A stretch of 47,284 nucleotides of DNA, from the NCBI GenBank assembly GCA_020536535.1, contig JAHLWZ010000776.1:1-47284 (forward strand), read 5' to 3'. Both the position numbers and the translations under genes were made by a program. Source of the stretch: Pelomyxa schiedti (Eukaryota > Protista > Evosea). The notes under the pieces are model-generated. The model saw only the letters and a list, made by a program, of their open reading frames with translations. It had not been told where the DNA came from and did no database searches. Positions within the stretch are counted from its first letter, which is position 1; every line of letters begins with the position of its first letter. Positions 12,108 to 22,734 of this stretch are shown in pieces.

Positions 12108-14582
12108 ATGCAGTTTCTGCAAGAGGTGTTTGGCCCTACGTTCTCCACAACGCCACCTGCGCGTAGTGACAGTGCGGCACGAATACGGAGCCAGCGGCGG
12201 TGCCCCAACTCCGCTGCACACTCCCCCACCGCGACCAGCTCCACCAGCAGTCCCCTGCTCCCCTCGCCGCCGCCTTCGTCCGCCTCCAGCGCGAGCCTGC
12301 CGCCTCCGGCGACAACGGCCGCGCGCCCCACTGCTGGGCCCACCACCCGCATCTCCACCGGCGCCTCCGTCCTCACCGACACCAAGCTGGCCACCACCGA
12401 CGCGGTGGAGCGCTGCGCCCGGTCCCCCGGCTCCGGCTCCGGCTCGGCTTCCTCCTCGGGCTCCCCTGGGCTGGTGCTGGTGGCAGCTACGAGCGGGCAC
12501 GACCCCGCGGTGGTGTCCGCCGTCGTGCGGGGCATGTGCCCGGGCGCCGTGGTTGCGGGGTGCAGCACGTGCCAGGGCGTGATGACTGAGACCGGCGTGG
12601 CTTCTTCGCCCGACTCGTCTCAGGTTTGTTGGCGGTCCCGGACTTATCTGCTACTTGATTGGGGTTTTGTAACGGCTTATGGGAGTTGGTTGCCCTTGAC
12701 AGAGAAATGGCTGCAACTATCTTTTCACTTTTTATGTACCTAACGTTGGTGTTTTATCCTCTGCTTTTTTTCCCTTTAGGCTGTTGGAGTATGGATGTGC
12801 ACTGACGAACGTGGGAAGTTTTCTTCTTGTGCTGAGGAAATGGACACTTCACCTGAAAACAGATTCTCTGAGGCTGCTGCGAAGCGGGCAGCGACAAGAG
12901 CTGCCACAGAGGCTCTTGCACAATTGGATGAACGCAAGCCAACACTGATTTGGGTACAAACAGCCCCTGGTTATGAGGAGAGTGTACTAGCTGGAGTGGA
13001 GTCTGTTGTAGGTTCTGATGCCCTAATTGCAGGAGGAAGTGCGGCAGATAATACTGTCTCGGGTGAGTGGTGGCAGCTGTGCAATGACAGAGTTGATCAG
13101 TTTTTCCCCTCCACGCTCTAACCCTATTCAGGTGTACAAAAATGCTGTTGTAGTTACAATGATGGTTACCGATGCAGATGCCTTTCCCGTTTTTGGTAGT
13201 TGCTATCAGGCTACAAGCCACTCTGGGATAGTTACAAGATGCAGTGGACGTGTACTCAATGAAATTGATGACAAGCCTGCAGCTGAAGTTTACAACCGGT
13301 AGCAGTTTTAAGGCTTTACATGTCTAAGTCTGCATGAAGGTGGACAGGCTATCTTATTTCTGACAGCCCTCGCCCGCCTATTGGTGTTTACTTGGGGCCA
13401 AGCACGGTAAGAATTCTAACCCACTGATGTTATGTGTCTCCAACACTGTGTTAGGTGTTTCCTCTTGGAAAGTTTTTTGGAACTGAAAAATCCAATGGTG
13501 AGGATATGTATGAGCTTATGCATCCCCATCGCATTGAAGAAGATGGCAGCCTCAGTGTATTTGCCAATGTTACCAAAGGAATGAGAGTTCACCTCATGGC
13601 TGCAACAACACGACAGGTAATGCATAGTGCAACATTTGCCAACCCCACTATGCCCCAAGAAGATAACCTCTTATCTGTTCTCTCAGATAACCAATGGAAT
13701 TGGGTCCAAGATTTCCGCAGCAGTAAGAGACTTGGCTCCTTTCAATGAATCCGCCATTGTGGGAAGCCTGATGGTTTTCTGTGCCGGTTGTATGATGCAC
13801 GTCAAGGCCTCTCACGGCCTTGCCTCAGTTGCCCAAAAGATAAAGCAATCTACCAACGGCGCCCCGTTTATGGCAATGCACCCTTTCGGAGAACAGGGCA
13901 GATTCCCCGCGTGCGTGGTCGGCAACACTGAGCACAAGGTAAACTTCCTTTTTCTATCGTTCCCTTTCAAAGTTCTAACTCCGAGTTCTCACCGCAGGCG
14001 GCGATAGGCCACGGCAACTTGATGTTCTCTGCCGTGATATTTGGCAAGGCCACGTTCGGGCAGACTGCACGAGCGGACGTGTTCTTCTCGTACTGCTGGG
14101 GGGCCAAGGGGTCCCCAACGCAGTCCCTCGTGAAGACCACGGCGGACAGCCTGCGTCGCGAGGCCAAGGTCACGGTGTGGTGGGACGTGGAGCGCATGGG
14201 GGCGGGCCAGAACCTCGACGCCGAGATGCGCATGGGCGTGCAGTCCGCCTCGGTGTTCCTGCTGTTCCTGGACGAGGCGTACGGGGGCTCCCACAATTGC
14301 CAGGCCGAGTACCGCTACGCCCTGGAGTTTGGCACCCCGATCGTGCCGGTGCTGCTCCCCGGGTACCTGGCCTCCCGCCGGGCCAAAGGGGGGATTCCTC
14401 AGAATCAGTGGTGGCCGGAATCCATGCCGGAGCTGCAGGGCCTGCTGTACTGTGACTTTGGAGACGAGGAGGCGCAGCAACGAAATTTCGCGGGGCTGAT
14501 GCACCAGGTTGACAACTTCAGGCGTCTCAGGCACCAGAAGAAAGTCTCGTTGCTACCTGAGACTCCCGGCGATTCCCTCTGA
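12108..14582 (+). CDS. FIST_N-FIST_C-TIR fusion protein
   Basis: FIST_N: GCSTCQGVMTETG, APGYEESVLAG, GGSAADNTVSGEW. FIST_C: EIDDKPAAEVY, FPLG, VFCAGC, FGEQG, HGNLMFSAVIFG. In the same last exon (13998-14582) a TIR follows: DVFFSY, VWWDVERMGAG, SASVFLLFLDEAYGGSHNCQAEYRYA, PIVPVLL. Confidence 0.87.
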
Positions 14583-14690
14583 TTTTTTTTGTGACAACCC
14601 TCAAATTGGAATGTCGTGTAAAATCACAACATCAAATAAAATACAGCTTCTCTCCTTACGGGGGGGATCTACTCTTTCGTAAACACAGCT

Positions 14691-16010
14691 ATGGTTGACG
14701 ACATGTACAAAAACAGTTACGGTGCGGCGGTGAGCCCTCATCTTTGTTATTTCATTTGCGTGAAGTCGTTGGGGCATACGCCGCGTGAGAGTTTGTTTTT
14801 ACTTGTTTGAAGGTCACAGCACTGTACTTCACGGCAGAAGTTGCGTGCATTGCGTCATTTATCGCGGAGCGCAGGAGGAAGCACAAAACTGATTACCACA
14901 ATGCACAGTACCTCCCCAGGTCTAAAGTGAGCATTTTCTATATCTCACTTTGTGCTTTCTTATTAGGTGTGCCTTTTTGTTACCATTTTCCACTAAGATT
15001 GTTAGTGAGAATTATTGGATGCTCCGTGCGCTTACTATTTTTCAATTTGGCTGAAGAAAAAGACTATTTTGACGATCTTACTTTTGTTTTTGAGAGAACA
15101 GGGAGTGCGCTTTTCTTCACCAGTTACACTGTTGTTTTATTTTTTTGGTAAGAATGCACCTTCTGTGAAATCTTTAACTCTTTTTCCTTTTAATAAAAGG
15201 GCTGAAATGACCCATAAGAGCTATGTTTCTGCAACGGGGTTTCTTCCTAGGTTGAAATGGGTGTTCATCTCATTAAATGCACTTGTTTATGCTTGTGTCT
15301 TGGGCATCACTGTTCTATGTGTCCTACTGCAAGTACTTTACCCTTTGAATTTCCTTCCATCTGACCGACTTGAGGATTCTAATATTTCTGATTCTATATA
15401 CTACTCTATCAACTTATACTTCGGTAAGTCTTCAAATCTGTGGATATCTTGCTTTATGATTTACAGAATCGTTTATTAGTATTTCCATCTCCATTGCCTA
15501 CACGGTGTATGGACTTCGTCTTGTTTCAGCAGAAAAGAAAAAACTACCCCATGAACGGGTAACATCAAATTCCTCTGCCTGGAAATGGGTAAGAAAAGGA
15601 CCTGTTTCATTATTAAGTGGATAACAATTAATTGACTGTGAAGAGTGACATCTTGTAACAACCAAAAGTTTCTATTTTGTACAGTGACTTTCACTGCATG
15701 CTTTGCACTTCGCTCTGTGATGTTTTTCTTTTGGTCACTATATGACCAAGAGATGAGGTTTGTGATATTTGTGAGCTTAGCTTTTGTGATACCGGAACTA
15801 GTTTCATCCGTTCTACAATGTAACCACTTATCGTCTTTTTACTTCTCCAACTTATCTTATTCCTTTGCAGTATTACTGGCAAATATCTCCATGAAGGCTG
15901 AAGAACAACTTGTCTCCTATGTCAATTGGTTATACACTGTATCAGAAATTGGCTCCTCCAAAGACTATGAACACTTTCCAATCAACAAAAAACGCACTAT
16001 CAACAACTAG
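14691..16010 (+). CDS. THH1/TOM1/GPR137-like (DUF1084) multi-pass membrane protein
   Basis: Multiple spliced TM exons. SALFFTSYTVVLFFW|AEMTH resembles TOM1 LFFSTYTLLVLFWAEIYH; also TACFALRSVMFF and FVIPELVS. Exon boundaries are approximate. Confidence 0.65.
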
Positions 16011-16169
16011 AACCACCACACTACTGCCCAGAATCATGCCTGTACATGTCCCTGTACAAAACCCTTGTTATTTTTTCTTTTCAGATAAACAGAACCAATC
16101 AAATCAGTTCAACGACCCAGAAAACTAACCAAAAACGGACCTCCACAAAGAAAAAAAAGGTCTCAAGCA

Positions 16170-17387
16170 ATGGGCAATACGGCACCTCAGAAGGGAAGCA
16201 AGTCCAAACGACGAGAGATAAAAATATTGCTACTGGGGGCTGGGGACTCTGGCAAAAGCACCCTGGTGAAACAGATGCACGTAATTCACCTGGAGGGGTT
16301 CACCGACGCGCAAAAGAAGGAGTTCCGACCCATAATTTACAGCAACTTGATCTCCTTCATGGTGACGTTGGTGCAGGCCACCCGAGACTTCAGTATTCCC
16401 GTGAGTCCGGGCAACGAGGCCGCTGCACAGAGATTTCTGCAAAAAGATAAATTCGGAGTTGCCAGTCTAAACCCGGAAATAGCGAGGGACATAAAGATAT
16501 TATGGTACTCCCACTTAATAGAGCACATTTCACTCTTGCTTTATTTGTTTTTGGGAATTACCCCTAACCACACCTGCTCCTACTTTTTTTTTTTTTTGTT
16601 AAAACAAATAAAGATATAACTAACTCTTGTTTATAGGAGTGATCCGGGTATCCTGGCAGCGTTTGCACGTGCCAGAGAATTTCAGCTTCCTGACAGTGCT
16701 GCTTATTATTTCAAGAGTATTGACAGGCTTGCAGCCCCTGATTATATGCCGACTGACACAGATATCCTGCACACTCCATCACATACAACCGGGTTCAATG
16801 AAGTCGTGTTCCACAGTCATAATGAGAGGTTCCGTGTGGTGGATGTTGGTGGTCAGCGGTCAGAGCGCCGTAAGTGGGTTCAGTGCTTCCAAGATGTGAG
16901 TGCCGTAGTGTTTTGTGCAGCATTGAGCGAGTACGACCTTACTCTATTCGAGAAGGCAGACGAAAACAGAACACATGAAAGCCTCAAACTGTTCCATGAT
17001 GTGTGTGCATCCAAATGGTTTGCAAATTCACAGATATTCCTCTTCCTCAACAAGAAAGACCTGTTTGATCAAAAAGTATCCACCTCCCCACTTTCCATCT
17101 ACTTCCCACAATACTCTGGACCAAACGAACCCGATCCCGCCGCGGAATTCATCAGAGACTTGTTCCTAACCACTGCAAGCTGTGGCCGCGAAGTCCAAGT
17201 ATTCTACACATGCGCAACCAATTCCGACAATGTCCGGGAGGTATTCAACATGGTTCTACAGAAACTACTCCAACATGCTGCGGCCAACGCAGAGGCTGAG
17301 GCCGCTGCAGCCTCTGCCTCATCCACAACAACAACTTCAACATCCTCCACACTGCAATCCTCAGGAGGACTCTCTAGGGGCTCGTAG
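16170..17387 (+). CDS. Heterotrimeric G-protein alpha subunit, atypical (switch-I Arg replaced by Pro, short N-terminus, low-complexity C-tail)
   Basis: KILLLGAGDSGKSTLVKQM, DVGGQRSERRKW, LFLNKKDLF, TCAT. One intron with donor near 16505 and acceptor near 16636. Confidence 0.95.
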
Positions 17388-17531
17388 AGATTCCTCAACC
17401 AGGAATTGCTGTAAAATTTTCTACATTCCAACAAGGCACAGACAGCCCAACAACCTAACAAAAAAACATTTTTTTTTCCTTGCTGGAACTCTCAATTTGG
17501 TTTGTGTGTGAATTTGGTGGTGTGTTCGTTT

Positions 17532-20500
17532 TCAAGGAGAGAACCAAGAGGGACGATAGCTAGATAGAGCTTGGATATGGCCTTCTATGCTCTCATTGTC
17601 ATGCACCCCAGAAGCCGCGGCTATGCTAAAGTACTTTTGCGCCGTGGGCTGGTCAGCCAAGCCGCCAAGGCCAACTTGCCACATTCTTCCGAGCTGCCAT
17701 GCCGCAAATGCATGGGCCGGATTCGCAGTTGTGGGAGTCGCGGCCATCTCGTACACCGTGCGGGCTTGTTCCAGGCTGAGGGGTACTCCCAGGCCTTGCT
17801 CGTATCTCAGCCCCAGTTCGTACATAGATTCCTTCTTATCTGTTGTTAGGTCAACGAAAAGCTGTGCTATATCGTCTCCCATTGCTGCTGCGGAAGCAAA
17901 TAGAAGCGCGGCTCGGTCCGGGTCCGCGGCTAGGCCATCGCCTCCTTCCAGGAGCCAAAAGGCTAATTCCTTTGCCGCTTCCGGAGAACCATTGTCCGTG
18001 GCTTTTTGAAGCAGTTGTTCGGCATCGTGGGTATCCAGTGGTGCTATATCCGCTTGGGAGCCGTCCCGGCAAAGTTGTGACTTGAAGACCATGACTTCAG
18101 GCACACTACTATCTATTGCCTTCTTCAACATTTTGCGTGCACGGGATCGGCTTGTTTTCATTCCACATTCGCCATACATATAGCCTCTAAGGAGAGCCAC
18201 AGTCCCCTTACCATTTCCGCTTTTGTGAGCTTGCTTGTATAAAGCCGCTGCTTGCTTTTCATTTGGTGCCATATCATCACCTCCGTTTCGGTACAAGTCT
18301 GCAAGAGCAATAGTGGCAGCTTGAGACCCGGCAGAGCTGGCTTTTAGCAGCCAATTTGCAGCCTTAAGAACGGATTGCTCTACGCCTAAGCCCTGTATGT
18401 GACAGTGTGCGATGTGGTACATGGCCTCAGTGTTCCCGATGTTAGCGGCTTTCTCCCAGAAACCGGCAGCCTTTCCGATATCTTTGTCAACTCCCGTGCC
18501 AAAAAAATGGCATTTCCCAAGAACAACCAGTGAGTCTGGTTGTAATGCATTGGCTCCAGCAGTTAAAATCTTCAGAGCAGCTTGTACATCAGAAAGACCG
18601 CCTGCGCCAGTGAGATTGCACATAGCAAAGGGGATTTGAGCTTGGGGTAATCCCATATCAGCAGCTTTTCTTATCATCCCAGCTGCCTCTGTTGCAGCAG
18701 CACTTTTTATACCTCCCATCTTCTGTGCCTCCGCTATCATTATTTGTGCTAGTCTCGTTGTTGCCCCAATGTGCCCTCTGCCATCTGCAAGGTTATACAA
18801 GTGCCTCGCGGTATTCATATCCTTTGCGCCGCAAAGGCCAGTCTCCAACCACAACCCCCATGAATACATCCCACCAAGGTGATTGGCTATAGACAACCGC
18901 TGCATGAGAGCGGCAGAGGTAGCGACATCCTTCTTTATATGGAATAGCCAGAGCGCAGCAAAGTACGAGCAAGTAGGTCGCACCTCCATTGCGTAATCAG
19001 GGTTCGTTTGGTAAGCAGAAACCAGTAAGTCTCCTTCAGACACAGATTTTGGGTCATTTCGACCAATGATATCATTAAACGCTTTATCTGTGAGAGGGAT
19101 TCCTTGGAATAGAGGAGCGATGCCATACAGACATAAATAATAGTACGCAATATAAGCAGGCTTATATATAAACTTCATTCCAGACATTGCATCATGCAGG
19201 AGATTGAAACACTGGACTTGGTCACCTTTGTCCCACTCCATAAGGGCTATTTGAGTTTTTCCAAATGGTTCGTTAATGTCAGGAGGTGGGAGCGTTACAA
19301 TAGCTCCAGGTACCGTTGGGGGAATAGGCTGAGTGGGGGTAGTGACCGGCTGTGATACAGAAGAGGTGAGTGTTGATACTGCTACAGCTGCGGTGACGGA
19401 GGCATTCAGTTTTGAGCTTCTGTGCTTATGCTTCTGTGCAGAATCCGTTGCTGGTGAACCCGGCTCCGATTGAGTCGGAAGCGTTGGTGATTGCGGTGCT
19501 ACAGGAACCACAGGAGTCTCTGCGAGGGCTGGAGGTGTTGTAGGACTGGCTTGGGACCGGTGCTTATGCTTATGGTGGGTGGATGCTGCAGGGTCCTGAC
19601 CTGGAGCAGTAGTCGAGACGGGGGTGGGAGTTGGTGTTGGTGTTGCCGTTAGTGTTGGGGTTTGCCTTGGTGAAGGGCTTGCAGGATTGGCAGCTGCAGT
19701 TGGTGGAGGATTTGCAGCCGGAGTTGGTGGAGGAGCAGTTGCAGAATTTGTCGGGGTGGATGTAGCTGTTGCCAATGGAGGTAAAAGCTCTTGCAAAAGC
19801 AGGGGTGATTCTTGCATATCGAGATCTACCACAATAAGATCTGTTGTATCCAGAACACCAGTCACAATGAAATTTGTTTCTGGCTCCAATAAAATCTCTG
19901 TTTGGGGCAAAAACAAGTTTTGATCAGTAAGAAGTCTTGAGGAAGTGCGAACCTCACCTCGTTCACTGGGGATGCAAGAATAAGGTGATATATCATAGCC
20001 CCAGACTTTCCCTCGGATGACAAAAAGTGTTCCCTTACAAACACCACTTTCTTTATCTGTAAGAAACTGTTTTGTGACTTGCATTTCCAGGGATGTGGAG
20101 CACAGCGTGTGCCACGTGATTGTGTTTCCTGCCAAGCAGTGTAAGGTCATGACTTGGTGAGAAACAACAAAACAGCAAAAAGGCAGAAACCTGGATGGTA
20201 GTGAGTATCATCAACCTGTACTTTCTTTGTAATTCCTCTAAATAAAGCTTTGCCAGGAGGGATAAATGGAGGAAGAGATCGGAGTGCTTTGAGTAACATG
20301 TAGATGTATCCGCGCCATCGTCGAAGCTCCAGTGTATTACGTTGGAACAGTGTGCGGTTTAGCCGGAAATAGGGGTTGTCTTCAGGTGATGGCTCTCCAA
20401 AGTCAAACGAGTAGAGTGCAATTGCACCAGCCCCTAACAGTGGTAAAGAGAGTGTCTGGCTTGCAATTCAACATGTTACATACCCTGGTCATCAAGAGTA

Positions 20501-20885
20501 CCCGGAAACGGTTTCGCTTGCGCAGCTATGGTCAAGCATACTTCTACAACCTGGCCATGAGATAAGGGTGATGAAGAGAGAAGTGAAATGAAATGGTGAG
20601 AACTCACGAATTCATGTTTTTTAATTTTTGCTTCGGCACAAGCTTCTAATAAAGATTTTGGGGGATCGTAGTTCTGCCTATGTGGCAAAATTAAACAATT
20701 GCTTGCTCACACTAACCTTCTACATACGGGTACAATCGAAAAATGTCTCCCAATTGTTTGAGTGTCGTGCTGGTGACAACTTGGTCCAGATCAAAAGTTC
20801 TGCGAGAAAGCACTGAAACTTTCGCGACCGTAGTTGGTGTAGCCGGTGTGGGCGTGGGCGTTGCCGTTGGGGTTTCGGTGGACAT
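17532..20885 (-). CDS. ARTC-type (R-STS-ExE) mono-ADP-ribosyltransferase domain + Pro/Thr-rich linker + Sel1-like repeats
   Basis: Spliced reconstruction: PPKSLLEAC..GAIALYSFDF..PYFRLNRTLFQR..WRGYIYMLLKALRSLP..LFRG (Arg 20237-20239)..GNTITWHTLCSTS (20091-20099)..GTLFVI..GYDISPYSCIPSE-R-E-ILLEP (60-nt intron 19898-19957). About 10 Sel1 motifs follow (e.g. AMYHIAHCHIQGLGVEQS, LGKCHFFGTGVDKD, LGLRYEQGLGVPLS). The 5' exon structure is less certain. Confidence 0.82.
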
Positions 20886-21162
20886 TCTCAATGATGGGAT
20901 GTTGTTTGCGCGGTAAATTGATTATTCCACGTGCCCGTGATTGGTTTGCTGCGACCGTAGCGCGTAGCTACCGAAAGGAAAAGGGAAGAAAAGAAAGTTT
21001 TTGTTGCTCCGGTTTTGTAAGGGTGAAATTAAAGATTCACAATTACAACAGCAGCAGAACACATTCAGTCGGTGCAATAGGAAGACCACAGAACTCCCCC
21101 AGAGGCCTTTGGTAACGCGCCACAAGAATCTGCTGAGAGACTTGCTTTCGCCGAACTGCGAA

Positions 21163-22709
21163 ATGTACGTACTCGACATTAGCGCCAGTCCCCCGATTAG
21201 CCTGCATGCACCAAGTTTCAGCCCAAGCCACAGCAGCAGCTCACTCGCGAGCTCCTCCCATAACTCCAACAGCAGCGCCGGGGGCGACCATGACATAACC
21301 ACCGTGGTGATCGACACCGTAAGCATTGCGCTGTACCTGACCATGGGCCTCGTCACAGCCTGGCGCCTCCTGGTCCACATCAAAGACCACTACACCAACT
21401 CCACCCGCTCAGGCCCCCCTCAGTCCCAGTCTCCGTCTCCGCCCCCCTCACCCTCCCCATCACCATCACCATCACGGTCTACTGCGATGGTCGAGGGGTC
21501 GTCATTCAGCCACAACGGGACTGGGAACAGTGCCGAGTACGATAACAGTTACTACGCCGCTCCGAACCAGAAGAAGCTGGAATCTGCTTCGCGGAAGAAG
21601 AGGAGGAAGGACTGTTTGTGTGCATGTTGTAGGGCTTGTGATTCCAGGCTGGTGCAGTTCCATTGGTTCCTTTTCTCTTTTTTTATGGGTATGGTTCTGC
21701 CACTGGCTATTTTTTTTTTTTTTTTGGAATATGTACTTGGAATCTACTTGTCTTCCTTTTTGATTTCTTCCTCCCTGTTTTGGACCTTATAGGTGCATTC
21801 TTATAATCTTGCCATAGTTACTATTGTGTACTGGCTTCTATCAATTCTTATTCACCAGGCTGTGGAAGCAACCCGATTTAATGTGGGCTTCAAATATGCT
21901 CTAGGGACCCTTTCTCATTGCCTTTTTTTCACTGCAGTTTTATTGATGCTGGTCCATATGTAACATGGAATTCAAATCATTTTCTTTCTAAAATACTACA
22001 AGGTTAGAGCACATGTATGCACAATCAACCATTGCTATACCCTATGTTATACTGTGGGTTTCGATAAGTGTACCATACACCTACACTCTGCTCACTACCT
22101 TATATTTTATTGTAAATCCAGACCAATATAAAGATGGTTCCCCTCAGTTCCTTGAAACTCAACTCATTCTTACTCGTAGGTAATATCATCTACGATAGTT
22201 CAATTATAACAATCTGTGTGTACAATCTTTTGTGTGGAGTGGCTTACATTATAACTGCCGTTCTGGTGATACGGAAAATGTACGCTTTAGAGCGCAGTGA
22301 CGTTTTCTTCAAAAGTACACAAACTCCATTAAGTACTTTTCTAATCGAAAAAACCAGTGAAAAAAAGGCCTGTGTATCTACTGGTAACCCTGCAACCTGT
22401 ACTTTTTTTCCCTCATTAAGACAGGTTAGTGTCATGTCTGTGTGCTTTGTGGGCTTCCTTTTGCAAGTGTGTTATATCTCGTATTTTAATAAATCGTAAG
22501 TTATTGCAGTGCGCAATGCTCCTGTATAGACCAATAACTGGCGACTACATGAATCAATATGTCTTTGAAGTATTCACTTACTGGCTACCAGAAGTATTAC
22601 CCTTTCTTCATTGAAAACCTGTAACAGAATCGATTCATAGATAGCTATTTCTGTTCTTCTCTTGATAGTAGCAAGAAGACCAAAAACACAACGGGCTCTC
22701 ATAAACTGA
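21163..22709 (+). CDS. Second TOM1/GPR137-like multi-pass membrane protein
   Basis: S-rich N-terminus, TM1 VVIDTVSIALYLTMGLVTAWRLL, a Cys-rich loop, LSHCLFFTAVLLMLVH, and YVFEVFTYWLPE|IAISVLLLIV near the C-terminus. Many short introns. Confidence 0.55.
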
Positions 22710-22734
22710 GGAAGAAAATTCAACTTATGACTGT

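Noticed and set aside
17532-20150. 872-aa ORF read as a complete intronless Sel1 gene
   Set aside because: It reads through an in-frame 60-nt intron and starts inside another intron; the real gene extends upstream and encodes an ART domain.
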